DNA of 64,000 bases from a virus (IMGVR_UViG_3300021255_000114:231942-295941), one strand, 5' to 3'; positions 28,262-37,722 are shown, numbered from the stretch's first letter. Translations and numbers: made by a program. Notes: generated by a model not told the origin, from the letters alone.

Positions 28262-29277
28262 AACTTTTTAAGGTTCTTTCGCAATCCGTTTAGCATATTG
28301 AAAAGATAGTCGTTTTCGTGAGGATGCTTGCTTACTGCAAGGGTATTTATAATCTCATTCAATGCTTTCATCTGCTCCTCACTGGGCTTCCAATGGGGTT
28401 GTGCTTTGAGGGATTTGAGCCAGTCCACTTGATAGATGTCAAGCCACTCTCCTTCGTCTAAATTTTCAATAATGCTATTAATCATTCTCTCATCCTCTTC
28501 ACTCCATTCTTGTTTTGGTTGAGGTTTGAGAGATTCAATCCAGAAAGCCAGTTTATTGGCTAATTGTGCTGGTGTATCTGAATCTCGTATGATTTTCAAT
28601 ATAGTATTATAGTTTTTCTCATCCTCTTCATTCCACTCAGCAGGCTTCTGCTCATCCATAGTAGCCATAGCAACCTTTTCGCCATTCATTTGTTTCAAAC
28701 AGTTACCAACAATCTTTGCATCAGCACTATAGCCTTCTTGTATGAGAATGTCTATAAGTTTCTGACAGTATGCTTTTGCTCTGTCAGTCGGCTGTATCAT
28801 ACTAAGCAAACGAGGAATAGCATTGAAAGTATATTTTTTATCGGTAGGCTTCTGCTCACCCTGCTTTTCTGATAGCATCAATTCATCCAAATCCGATAAT
28901 TTTATGTAATCGCATTCAAATCCAAGGCTTGAACTAAGTCTATAATCATTACCATTCTTTATCAAGTAAATTAGTTTGCCTTCCCCGTTTCCAGCAATAC
29001 CGTCTTTCCAATGATTCCAAATGGACGTTTTCTTTGATTCTTTCGTGCCTTGCTTTTTGAGCCAAGCAATCATGGATTTTTGGTTCATTGGATTGAGAAT
29101 ACTGCTTGATTGTTTAACAAGCTCAATGATATTATTCCTTAATCTATCATCTTTATTCTCTTTGAGTTCAGGAAACATTTCTTCTAAATGTAAACTATCT
29201 GGAGCACCTTTAGCATAAAGTGCTTTTGCTCTTCCAAAAGCCTCGTCATAGGCTTTTGCTTTTTGCTTTTCTGTCAT
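28258..29277 (-). CDS. member of the three-copy family
   Basis: AYDEAFGRAKALYAKGAPDSLHLEEMFPELKE is identical to the 8998 copy; the protein also carries KPAEWNEEDEK and LKSLKAQPHWKPSEE. Confidence 0.6.
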   Translation of the reverse strand: MTEKQKAKAYDEAFGRAKALYAKGAPDSLHLEEMFPELKENKDDRLRNNIIELVKQSSSILNPMNQKSMIAWLKKQGTKESKKTSIWNHWKDGIAGNGEGKLIYLIKNGNDYRLSSSLGFECDYIKLSDLDELMLSEKQGEQKPTDKKYTFNAIPRLLSMIQPTDRAKAYCQKLIDILIQEGYSADAKIVGNCLKQMNGEKVAMATMDEQKPAEWNEEDEKNYNTILKIIRDSDTPAQLANKLAFWIESLKPQPKQEWSEEDERMINSIIENLDEGEWLDIYQVDWLKSLKAQPHWKPSEEQMKALNEIINTLAVSKHPHENDYLFNMLNGLRKNLKKL

Positions 29278-29287
29278 AATTTTGTAT

Positions 29288-29671
29288 TTAGATGGTTATT
29301 TCTTTTTCAATGCCCAAATCTCGGAGAATGTTTTGCAGTTGGTGAACATATTGAATATTGATACACACCGTTTTGTCTGGTATATCACAAATGTCAAGTT
29401 CATACCAACTTTCTCCTGTTTCTTCATACTTTTTATCATCCCACAGCAGGATAACATGACCATCATTTACTTGGTCACAAATATCACTTGTGATGGGGAT
29501 TGGCTCCACAATACGGAACAATGGACTATCTTCTTTAATAAGCCCATCATTTATCCGTTCTATGGTTCTTATCCAATCTGCTGAAATTTGGATGTTCTCG
29601 GCTGGCATTGTCGGATGGTGTACCGATAGCCAATTTCCGACCCGCAGGTCTCTTATGTCTATTTTGCTCAT
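29288..29671 (-). CDS. hypothetical protein
   Basis: 127-aa ORF. Confidence 0.45.
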   Translation of the reverse strand: MSKIDIRDLRVGNWLSVHHPTMPAENIQISADWIRTIERINDGLIKEDSPLFRIVEPIPITSDICDQVNDGHVILLWDDKKYEETGESWYELDICDIPDKTVCINIQYVHQLQNILRDLGIEKEITI

Positions 29672-29688
29672 AATTTGCTATTTAATCA

Positions 29689-29967
29689 TTAAAAATCACA
29701 GATGCCACATACGTAGTTGTCTAACTCGGCAAGCGTTGCACCATTGGCTATTTTCTCATGAATTTCCCAAGCGAATTCCCTTCTTGCGTCAACTTTGATT
29801 TCATCTTTCATGCCTTCAAACTGCTTGTCTTTCCATTCAGCCATTTCCATCAAATCTTCGTAAAGAGATTCGTGTAAAGCATTAAAATCTACAACATCGT
29901 ATACCTGATTAGTGTTGGATATACTTATCATTTCTCTTGTTTTCCCTTCATTTGTCATATTCTTCAA
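29689..29967 (-). CDS. hypothetical protein (tandem paralog with an MAEWKD motif)
   Basis: Shares the (L/M)EMAEWKD(K/A)Q segment with 29948..30202. Confidence 0.45.
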   Translation of the reverse strand: MKNMTNEGKTREMISISNTNQVYDVVDFNALHESLYEDLMEMAEWKDKQFEGMKDEIKVDARREFAWEIHEKIANGATLAELDNYVCGICDF

Positions 29968-30202
29968 GTTTTACGTGAAAAAATGATTCTATAATATTTT
30001 GTACAATATCAAGGTCAATGTATTGGTGTTCTTTGTTAGATAATGAATGGTCTTGTCTGAATATCATGCAACCGAATGCTTTTTCGATGTTTGATTTTAT
30101 TTGTGCGTCTTTCCACTCAGCCATTTCAAGTAATAAATCCCCCAAAGTTCTGCTCCCATGAAAGAACTTGAGCATGGACTCTACCTTTTCTTCGTTTGTC
30201 AT
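29948..30202 (-). CDS. hypothetical protein (tandem paralog)
   Basis: LLEMAEWKDAQ. Confidence 0.45.
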   Translation of the reverse strand: MTNEEKVESMLKFFHGSRTLGDLLLEMAEWKDAQIKSNIEKAFGCMIFRQDHSLSNKEHQYIDLDIVQNIIESFFHVKLEEYDK

Positions 30203-30227
30203 ATGAATTTTATAGTTTATGCAATTT

Positions 30228-30641
30228 TTAACGGCGATTACGAATTTTACAACGGTATTCGTTGACTATTTGAGAAAGACTATCCTGCATTTTTTCAAAA
30301 ACATTATCGATTTTCTCCTTCATTTCATCCATGTCTTCAGAAAATGCATCGGGAAACATTTGATTAAATTTCTCGTTAGCTTTTTCTTCAACAAGACGAT
30401 TAAAATTGTTTTCCAACAGTTCAAAAAAGGGTTCAGGGTTGATTTCATAGCCGTCAACAGTAAACTTTATGTCAAAAGTTCCGTTTTCAAAATCATACGA
30501 CTTACTATCCTGTCTAGAACGGATATAATCAATAAACTCTTTATTACGGGTGACGGTGTTCATGAAAAAATAACAGAAAAAATCTTTTGTCGGGTTAAAT
30601 TCACCTTTACCATCAACCACACGTTTAATTCTTTGTTCCAT
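30228..30641 (-). CDS. hypothetical protein
   Basis: 137-aa ORF. Confidence 0.5.
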   Translation of the reverse strand: MEQRIKRVVDGKGEFNPTKDFFCYFFMNTVTRNKEFIDYIRSRQDSKSYDFENGTFDIKFTVDGYEINPEPFFELLENNFNRLVEEKANEKFNQMFPDAFSEDMDEMKEKIDNVFEKMQDSLSQIVNEYRCKIRNRR

Positions 30642-30773
30642 TTAATGTTGTTTTTAAAATTCAAAAAAATATTTGCAGTCATTTGCGTCCCCAAGCAAGT
30701 ATGCGTTCCCCAAAACTCCTGTTGGGGCACTACAACTCAATTTTAATTGTTGTAACTCGGTTTTACGTTTTGC

Positions 30774-31487
30774 TTATAGTGTGAAAAGCCTTTCGGTTGC
30801 CAATTTTGTTTTGTGAGGGTTCTGTGCGGTCTTGACATCCATCTGCCATATGCATTTGAAATCATCGGGCATTTCGTATTCGGAAACAAATATTGTGTGC
30901 CCCTCTTGCTTCTTCTCCCTACACCACTGATAGAACCTCCCATAATCGAAATTCTTGCTCGTCACATACTGCTTTGTGTTCTTATATGGCGGGTCGCAGT
31001 AGATAATGGACTCCTTTGGTATCAGTAATTCATCGTAGTTTTCTGCATAGAACTCGGTTCCGCGCAGGAATGGCACCTGAGCCAACGTGTTTTTGATATT
31101 CTCTCCGATATAGTCTCTCCCCTTGACATCGTGTCCCGAATAGCCGCCGTCGAAAAACCTTCCATTGAAAGAACCCATGAATCCGACCCATCCTATAATG
31201 TAGTCAGGGTATCGTCCGTCTTTTTTGTTGTAACTGTCTCTGACGTCGTTGTAGAAATTACGCATGATGAGTCTTGGGACATCCGGGTCGTCGTGACACA
31301 ACTCTTTCCACATGGCAATGAGGTATCTGTTATTGTCGCTTGCCATTCTGTACCCTTTGACGTGTTCGAGAACGCTGCAACTGCCGCAGAATGGCTCAAC
31401 CCAATACTGTTGAGCGTCTTTTCTTTCCGCGAGCATTATTGGAAGGATATACTTTACGTATCTTCGCTTGTTTCCCTGATATTTCAT
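30774..31487 (-). CDS. dam: DNA N6-adenine methyltransferase (Dam/D12 class)
   Basis: WVEPFCGSCSV reads as the FxGxG AdoMet-binding loop, and IIYCDPPY supplies the DPPY motif. Confidence 0.8.
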   Translation of the reverse strand: MKYQGNKRRYVKYILPIMLAERKDAQQYWVEPFCGSCSVLEHVKGYRMASDNNRYLIAMWKELCHDDPDVPRLIMRNFYNDVRDSYNKKDGRYPDYIIGWVGFMGSFNGRFFDGGYSGHDVKGRDYIGENIKNTLAQVPFLRGTEFYAENYDELLIPKESIIYCDPPYKNTKQYVTSKNFDYGRFYQWCREKKQEGHTIFVSEYEMPDDFKCIWQMDVKTAQNPHKTKLATERLFTL

Positions 31488-31515
31488 CTTTTGTCAGCCT
31501 TTATTTTGATAATTT

Positions 31516-31535
31516 TTTCAACACCACAAAGATAA
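31516..31535 (-). promoter_or_regulatory. conserved phage promoter copy
   Basis: ttcaacaccacaaagataac. Confidence 0.5.
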
Positions 31536-31541
31536 CAAAAA

Positions 31542-31562
31542 GGGCGGATACTTAGTCCGCCC
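31542..31562 (-). terminator. intrinsic terminator (GGGCGGA...TCCGCCC followed by T5)
   Basis: Hairpin plus T-run downstream of the SPFH gene. Confidence 0.55.
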
Positions 31563-31585
31563 AGTTTCTTAAACTTTGTTAAAAG

Positions 31586-32410
31586 TTATTTGCCAAGATT
31601 GATGAATGGGACACTATTACCCATCATATACTGTGGAAGTTTACCATCCCACTGCGTAACTGCTTGCCATTCAACAAGTTTCTGATTCTGTGCAAGGGCA
31701 TTCGCCTTGATACGCATGGCCTCTGCTTCAGCCTCGGCAGCAATCCTGGTTTGCTTGGCCTTCTCCTCAACCTGAATGGTAACATTTTTGGCTTTGAGTG
31801 CTTGCTGCTCAGCAACCTGTTTATCCTTGATGGCCTTCTCGAAATCATCGTCGAAATCGATATCCGTCAGTTGGAACTGAATGTTCATGAAATAGTTGCT
31901 GTCAAGGGTGTTTCGAAGCATCTTCTCAATCTCACGACGGACATCGTCACGATTCTCGACGATTTCTGTTGCAGCGAAATTACCGAAAGCTTCTTTCATG
32001 GCTGAACGGATAAACGGAACCACAATACGGTTGTGATAGTCCTCGCCAACATTGCGCATAAGACCACTGACATTCTCGCGAACAAGGTCATAGTTGATGG
32101 TGTAGTCAACTGTGGAAGTCTGCACGTCACGTGTGTAACTGTTCTCCTGACCGTCGAACTTCTTCTGCTGAATGTTTACCTTCTTCACGCTCTGGATGAA
32201 GGGCCACTTGAAATGAAGACCGTCGCCGACAACCTCACTGTTCATTTTACCGAAGGTGGAAATGACACCGCGCTCGGTCGATTTAATTGTGTACGTGGAG
32301 CCGAAGATAAGAATCAGCGCGACAAGGCCGATAACGCTCCACTTGATAACTTTTGGCATAAAATTCTCGTTGTTGTTCATTTTTATTTTATTTGTTTTAA
32401 CGTTTAACAA
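31586..32410 (-). CDS. SPFH/band-7 (prohibitin/HflC-like) membrane protein
   Basis: An N-terminal transmembrane segment is followed by ERGVISTFGK..., and the C-terminus is an Ala/Glu-rich coiled coil (QQALKAKN...AEAEAEAMRIKA). Confidence 0.7.
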   Translation of the reverse strand: MLNVKTNKIKMNNNENFMPKVIKWSVIGLVALILIFGSTYTIKSTERGVISTFGKMNSEVVGDGLHFKWPFIQSVKKVNIQQKKFDGQENSYTRDVQTSTVDYTINYDLVRENVSGLMRNVGEDYHNRIVVPFIRSAMKEAFGNFAATEIVENRDDVRREIEKMLRNTLDSNYFMNIQFQLTDIDFDDDFEKAIKDKQVAEQQALKAKNVTIQVEEKAKQTRIAAEAEAEAMRIKANALAQNQKLVEWQAVTQWDGKLPQYMMGNSVPFINLGK

Positions 32411-33005
32411 TCTTTAAAATACCGTTTTTGGTCTTAATGAAGTAGATACCTGAGTTGAAACCGGTTAAATCAACAAATTTTGCGTTTAAACCACTAATAA
32501 TCGGGCGACCGCATTCATCATAAACATAGAATTCGTCAATTGGTTTACTGAAACGAACAATACCCGTGGTAGGATTAGGATAGGCCTTGATATTCTCCAT
32601 ATGGGCCTCGGTTATAGAATTGGGCTCCATGAAATAAGCGGTAGCCATCACGCTGTCATATCCGCAATCGGTAACGTCGATAAGGTTGAAATCGGAATAG
32701 ACGGTGTCGCATACATTGGTGTCGGAATTAAACCACTCGTTAATCCAATAGGTAAAGAGCACCCCATCCGCAGGAACGGCGACAAGGAACCACTGATTGT
32801 CATTGTACACAGTATCGACATTGCTAATGGTGTCGACTGCATCACCCACAGTATCATATACAACAACGGTGTCGTAATGGACTACTGGATGTATGACATC
32901 GATACTACCCATGGTAGAGTCCATGACACACCAATTCACAATTGTCTGCGCGTTGGCAAACCCGGCCACAATCATAGCGGCCATCATAAACATAAACTTC
33001 TTCAT
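32397..33005 (-). CDS. secreted protein with a T9SS C-terminal sorting domain
   Basis: Signal peptide MKKFMFMMAAMIVAGFANAQ. C-terminus YPNPTTGIVRF...VYDECGRPI...DLTGFNSGIYFIKTKNGILKIVKR. Confidence 0.75.
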   Translation of the reverse strand: MKKFMFMMAAMIVAGFANAQTIVNWCVMDSTMGSIDVIHPVVHYDTVVVYDTVGDAVDTISNVDTVYNDNQWFLVAVPADGVLFTYWINEWFNSDTNVCDTVYSDFNLIDVTDCGYDSVMATAYFMEPNSITEAHMENIKAYPNPTTGIVRFSKPIDEFYVYDECGRPIISGLNAKFVDLTGFNSGIYFIKTKNGILKIVKR

Positions 33006-33035
33006 TTTTAATATTTTAAAATTTATTTGATTTTT

Positions 33036-33515
33036 TCAATCGCAAAACATCCTGGTAGTTTGCATCTCATCATCAACAAACAAAATTTCATTAAAATTTA
33101 CGCGATGTATGGTTTCCGTGAGATATGTATTCATATCATCATCGTTCTCAAACCATACGGTTTTCTTGTCACCGTTGAGAAAGTGAAGAATGACATGGGC
33201 CTTCTTCACGGCATGAATGCCGTGCGCGTCCGTGACAAACTTGATATGTCCATTCCACTCTTCAATCATGTCTTCCATCGTTCCGACTACGTCATGATCG
33301 CACCAACGATCTTCAGTTGCCCTGTAATCATATTCATGAATCAAAGAACTCTGCCACCACTTGGGTTTGACGCGATCAACCTCACAACTCGGATATATAC
33401 GCCGAAAAAGTCCGCTATACTCCTCACCTTTGGGCATCATCTTGATCTTCTCGTTAATGTGTTCACAGATAGCCTGAATATGGGATATGTCTTTAAAAAG
33501 AATATGTTCTGTCAT
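33036..33515 (-). CDS. hypothetical protein
   Basis: 159-aa ORF. Confidence 0.5.
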   Translation of the reverse strand: MTEHILFKDISHIQAICEHINEKIKMMPKGEEYSGLFRRIYPSCEVDRVKPKWWQSSLIHEYDYRATEDRWCDHDVVGTMEDMIEEWNGHIKFVTDAHGIHAVKKAHVILHFLNGDKKTVWFENDDDMNTYLTETIHRVNFNEILFVDDEMQTTRMFCD

Positions 33516-33536
33516 GCCGTATTTAATTTAATTTTA

Positions 33537-33681
33537 GTACCCGAGGGGAGACTCCAACTCCCAACCTACGGTTTAGTGAATGGATAGCAATCACTCGCAA
33601 TTCCATTCTCGATTTCTTACGACCTTTCACTGGAGTCACCCAGTATGGAAACCGTTGCTCTGTGCAGTTGAGCTACTCGGG
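33537..33681 (-). tRNA. tRNA-like gene with an insertion of about 71 nt in the anticodon loop (possible intron-containing or disrupted tRNA)
   Basis: On the minus strand the element folds as follows. Acceptor GCCCGAG/CTCGGGT with a G1-U72 wobble. D-arm GCTC-AACTGCACA-GAGC. Anticodon stem ACGGT/ACCGT enclosing 78 nt. T-arm GGGAG-TTGGAGT-CTCCC. The D-loop C19 and T-loop G56 form a swapped pair relative to the usual G19-C56. Confidence 0.3.
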
Positions 33682-33693
33682 CATTTCTATCTA

Positions 33694-34038
33694 TTATTTA
33701 AATTTAGACAAATCTATTTTTCTCGCGTTATTTATTTTTTCTCTTAGTTCAGATAAACCGCGTTCGCTATCGGTTGTATATGAATTGTTCTGAAGTTGCC
33801 TTTTTCTATAATTTGTCAGTTCAACCACGCTTCTGCCAATATGCCATTGGTCACATACAGGGCAGCGATACGGTACAGCATAGTGGATTGCCTTGTCCTG
33901 TTTGTTGAACTCGTCAGCCTTCTTTTGTGCCTCGGCTTTGGTTTTGTATTTCACCTTGTCTTTGAATACGGGAACGCCGTCTTTATCAAGATAAAGGAAA
34001 CGTTTGCAAGGATTCCCGGATTTCAGTTTAGATTCCAT
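33694..34038 (-). CDS. hypothetical protein
   Basis: 114-aa ORF containing a CPVC pair. Confidence 0.5.
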   Translation of the reverse strand: MESKLKSGNPCKRFLYLDKDGVPVFKDKVKYKTKAEAQKKADEFNKQDKAIHYAVPYRCPVCDQWHIGRSVVELTNYRKRQLQNNSYTTDSERGLSELREKINNARKIDLSKFK

Positions 34039-34054
34039 GTTACACCTCCATTAG

Positions 34055-34489
34055 TTATTGAAAGAACGTAACCTTACCGCCAACCTGCTCAATCATGGCA
34101 ATTGCATCTTTCAGTGCCCCTTCCTTCGCTATTTTTTGACGGATGCGTTTCTGCTCCTCCTCTTCAACTTCTTTGTCAATCCGTCTCTTCTCACGTGCTA
34201 TACGGTCGTTGTGTTCAGTTTCACTTTCACGTTCCTTCCATTGAAGCGAAATCTCAAGGTAAGCTTCCGAATAATCACCCTCAGTGTCACCTGAAATCGA
34301 AATAAGAACCGGACTATGTTCGATTTTATTTTCCTCAAGTTCCTTTTCCTTTGCAAGTGCTTTGAGGTAGAATTCTTTTATTTCATCGGGTTCGAATGAT
34401 TCGTAATGGTTTGAACCTGAGTAAATGCTTTCTTCTTTCCATTTATTGATCTGGTAACTTTCGTCTATTTCTTTGCCTTTATAAATCAT
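34055..34489 (-). CDS. Glu/Arg-rich protein, paralog of 45879..46313
   Basis: Both copies start MIYKGK(E/K)I and carry an REKRRIDKEVEEEE-like stretch. Confidence 0.55.
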   Translation of the reverse strand: MIYKGKEIDESYQINKWKEESIYSGSNHYESFEPDEIKEFYLKALAKEKELEENKIEHSPVLISISGDTEGDYSEAYLEISLQWKERESETEHNDRIAREKRRIDKEVEEEEQKRIRQKIAKEGALKDAIAMIEQVGGKVTFFQ

Positions 34490-34510
34490 AATTCAATTTG
34501 TTTTATTTGT

Positions 34511-34530
34511 TTCAACAAGGCAAAGATACT
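34511..34530 (-). promoter_or_regulatory. conserved phage promoter copy
   Basis: ttcaacaaggcaaagatact. Confidence 0.55.
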
Positions 34531-34534
34531 AAAA

Positions 34535-34561
34535 AGAACCCAACGGAGAAACCACCAGGTT
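34535..34561 (-). terminator. intrinsic terminator (GAACC...GGTTC followed by a T-run) downstream of cas3
   Basis: Hairpin plus T5 on the minus strand. Confidence 0.45.
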
Positions 34562-34582
34562 CTTAAAAATTGTTAAAGGCTT

Positions 34583-36862
34583 TTATTTTTTCATTAATCC
34601 GTGTTCGGGGTCATAGGCATAAAGGCATGTTATAAAGGGTGTTTCGCTTGACAAAGCAAGTCTCCAGTACATATCAAACAATTTCGACCATCTTGGTCCC
34701 TGTTTGTTTTTTCTGTACCCTCTCGCAGATTTGTGACGGTATTTTTCTTGAAGTTCCGGGTGTTTATCTATATAATCATACATATACCGTGTTTCTCCAT
34801 CCCTAAACAGATTCTCGTCCAAATAATTGGCTATGATTGGTTCCTTCATCCTATCAGCAATTATGAAACGTTGGTTGTTTGGGTTTCCTCTTAAAGTTTG
34901 CCTTTGACTTATCCGCTTAATGTTATCGTCGCCCTTTGATGAATACAGGTATACCATATTGTGCAGGACCTTCTGTGATTCTTTTTTGCATTCATCGCTG
35001 TATTTTTCATATTCTTTTTTATAGGACGAATCATTGTATATCGCTTCGAACAAGGCAACTATTTCCGATTCATTATATACTTTTTCAAACACAACATTCT
35101 CCATGAACAACCGACGTCCAAGTAAACACAAACCGTGGTTGTATTTAGCGCGAACAGCCGCATACTCCGAGTTGTCAAAACCGAGCTTTTTGTTCGTGTC
35201 AAACGGGAGTATGTATATGTTGGCCACTTTTTCTCCACCCCAACGGTTAACACGCCCCAAACCCTGTTGGAATTCGTGCATCGGAAGATAGGCATCAGTA
35301 TAGAAATTATTCGCTGATATATCATGGCCGGTGGTTACCAGGTTTGTACAAACCATCACACCTTCTTCATTCCTGTTTTTTGAGAAATGGCGATACATAT
35401 CGGTAATATGCTTATTCATATCATGAGTGGTGTAATTGCTATGGCATAGCACGGTATTATTTTTGGTGTTTTTGGCTTTAACACCGTCATAGAGTTTTTG
35501 GGACGTTTTTACACCGTTAACCATTGCGATGGAATTATTCTCCATAGACAAATCAAACGTCTCGAGTTGATGGAAGATATAACGTTTATCCTGCGCACCT
35601 TTATAATGCCTCGGCTCAGTGTATACATGCCTTTTAAATGATTTATACAAGAGCGATTGCGGTGTTGCGCTGCAAAGTATTGTTTTTGCATTATAGTTTA
35701 ACCTTGACAAATTCATTAATTGGAATGCGCGATTACACCCGCTTCTATCCATATATGTATGATATTCGTCAAAAGCAACCGTACGGACCATAACCTCGAA
35801 GGCCATTTCCTTCATGTCATTGTCCCTTATAAAGGGATTGAAGAAATTATCTATGTTTGTGACGATTATATCGTTGTTAACATTATCCTTCAATCCTTGA
35901 ACCCAACCTCCTCCTTTTTTATAATATAAACCTAGTGTTATCTTAATATTATACACTTTTAAAAGATTGGCCAATGAACCATAAAGCGCATCACAAAGGT
36001 TGTCTGTGGGGCAGACGAACATCGCCTTTTTACCTATGGCAAGTACACTACGAAGCAGGATGTCGGTTTTCCCGAATCCGGTATTCTCGTTTATTTCGAA
36101 TATGTGAAAATTGGAATTGGCAATTTTTCCCACATATTCGCTTTGAATATTGAAACGGTATGAATCATATCCGTCGGGCTTTTGTATGTCGGAAACACCA
36201 AAAGTAACAGGCAGTTTCAAACCATTGTCCATAAATGTATCGTCAATGATGTAATCCCGGTCCGATTTTGCAATTAAAGCAAACAGCGTTTGATACGGCA
36301 CATCCTTTATATCACTTTTCGCAACATCATCCTGAAACAGATACAAGCATTCGTCTGAAAAGGTGGTGTCAGTTTCTGAGATATTATTTACCTCCAACTG
36401 GAAATCGGGATTCTTCCTATTGTTGATTTCAACCAATTCATGTATAACAGGCAATATTGCAGATTCCTCGGTCTTTATTTTTTTAAGTGCCGAATCAATC
36501 TTGAACGACAACCCGCAATAAGGATGATGTCCCAACAACACTCGCATGACCGTGGAATACATCAACCTGACTGAATTCATCTGCGCATAATCACAATTGG
36601 CCTTTGGTTTTATGTAAAGCCAAAATATCAAGGCACTTGAAACATTGTGCAGCACCTCAGGTGTTTCATCGTTTTTCAAATAAGCCTGAAACTCGTTCAT
36701 TATCTTTCCAAGGTCATGGAACAATCCTACCGTATATGCACATTTACGCCACGTTTCATTGGTAATATATTTTCCCGCAAGGAATTTGCAGTTGTCAGCA
36801 ACCGTTGTGGAATGCTCCATAAACGATATAACCGGCTTTGTTTTTGCTATCAGTTCTTTCAT
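34583..36862 (-). CDS. cas3: Cas3 HD nuclease-helicase
   Basis: HD-domain residues MEHS...LFHDLGK...GHH. Helicase Walker A NTGFGKTD. DExH box AFDEYHTY. Motif VI QQGLGRVNR. Confidence 0.85.
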   Translation of the reverse strand: MKELIAKTKPVISFMEHSTTVADNCKFLAGKYITNETWRKCAYTVGLFHDLGKIMNEFQAYLKNDETPEVLHNVSSALIFWLYIKPKANCDYAQMNSVRLMYSTVMRVLLGHHPYCGLSFKIDSALKKIKTEESAILPVIHELVEINNRKNPDFQLEVNNISETDTTFSDECLYLFQDDVAKSDIKDVPYQTLFALIAKSDRDYIIDDTFMDNGLKLPVTFGVSDIQKPDGYDSYRFNIQSEYVGKIANSNFHIFEINENTGFGKTDILLRSVLAIGKKAMFVCPTDNLCDALYGSLANLLKVYNIKITLGLYYKKGGGWVQGLKDNVNNDIIVTNIDNFFNPFIRDNDMKEMAFEVMVRTVAFDEYHTYMDRSGCNRAFQLMNLSRLNYNAKTILCSATPQSLLYKSFKRHVYTEPRHYKGAQDKRYIFHQLETFDLSMENNSIAMVNGVKTSQKLYDGVKAKNTKNNTVLCHSNYTTHDMNKHITDMYRHFSKNRNEEGVMVCTNLVTTGHDISANNFYTDAYLPMHEFQQGLGRVNRWGGEKVANIYILPFDTNKKLGFDNSEYAAVRAKYNHGLCLLGRRLFMENVVFEKVYNESEIVALFEAIYNDSSYKKEYEKYSDECKKESQKVLHNMVYLYSSKGDDNIKRISQRQTLRGNPNNQRFIIADRMKEPIIANYLDENLFRDGETRYMYDYIDKHPELQEKYRHKSARGYRKNKQGPRWSKLFDMYWRLALSSETPFITCLYAYDPEHGLMKK

Positions 36863-36901
36863 GGTGTAAATATACTATTTTGAATTGAAATATTGCTTGA
36901 A

Positions 36902-37660
36902 ATTTTTAATCAAATAAAATTATATTATTAAAGAGTAGTTGTTATCACTATGTAAAATGGTACGTAATTGTTAATCAATTGGAAATTATATTATTAAATA
37001 GTTGTATGCCCTACAAAGCATTGATTCCATAAAATTGTTAATTGAATAAAGATTGTATTATTAAAGAGTTGACTTGATAGCAATGATGACATCCCATAGA
37101 TTGTTAATCAATTAAAAATCATATTATTAAAGAGTCTCGTGTTGCTTCGTTCACTGCCTGGTCCCATTGTTAATCAAATAGAAATTATATTATTAAACAG
37201 TAGGCTGTGGTAGTTATGCCAATGGCAGTATATTGTTAATCAATTAAAAATCGTATTATTAAACAGTAATAACGGTGAACTTGTGGAAGCTGTAGAATTG
37301 TTAATCAATTAAAAATCGTATTATTAAACAGTCGGTGGGAAGATTTGGGGCGCGTTTCAAAATTGTTAATCAATTAAAAATCGTATTATTAAACAGTGTT
37401 AACGGTATAAGCGTTATATCATACGCATTGTTAATCAATTAAAAATCGTATTATTAAACAGTTCGCTTAATGAACAAATTCAATAAACTAAAATTGTTAA
37501 TCAATTAAAAATCGTATTATTAAACAGTGGTGCGCTTACCCTATGCAACTCCCTTCTTATTGTTAATCAATTAAAAATCGTATTATTAAACAGTTGTTAA
37601 CGGCATTTCCGTGATTAGTTACGCATTGTTAATCAATTAAAAATCGTATTATTAAACAGT
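36902..37660 (-). CRISPR. CRISPR array with 12 repeats of 36 bp (plus strand ATTGTTAATCAATTAAAAATCGTATTATTAAACAGT) and 11 spacers of 29-31 bp
   Basis: Seven perfect repeats (37232-37660) sit at the cas6-proximal end. Five progressively degenerate repeats (36902-37201) sit at the cas3-proximal end. A 62-bp AT-rich leader lies at 37661-37722. Read on the minus strand the repeat starts ACTGTTTAAT, which resembles type I-B repeats. Confidence 0.9.
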
Positions 37661-37722
37661 ACACTCCTTATAAAGCATTGTATTTATGTGCCTTACAAAG
37701 AGTTTTATATTTAAAAAATGCA

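Noticed and set aside
33537-33681. Calling this a canonical tRNA.
   Set aside because: The anticodon stem encloses 78 nt and no clean 7-nt loop with a purine at position 37 is evident. It was kept only as a tRNA-like or interrupted element.
36902-37660. Plus-strand transcription of the CRISPR array.
   Set aside because: Degenerate repeats lie at the cas3 side, and the cas genes are on the minus strand. The minus-strand repeat also resembles known type I repeats better.
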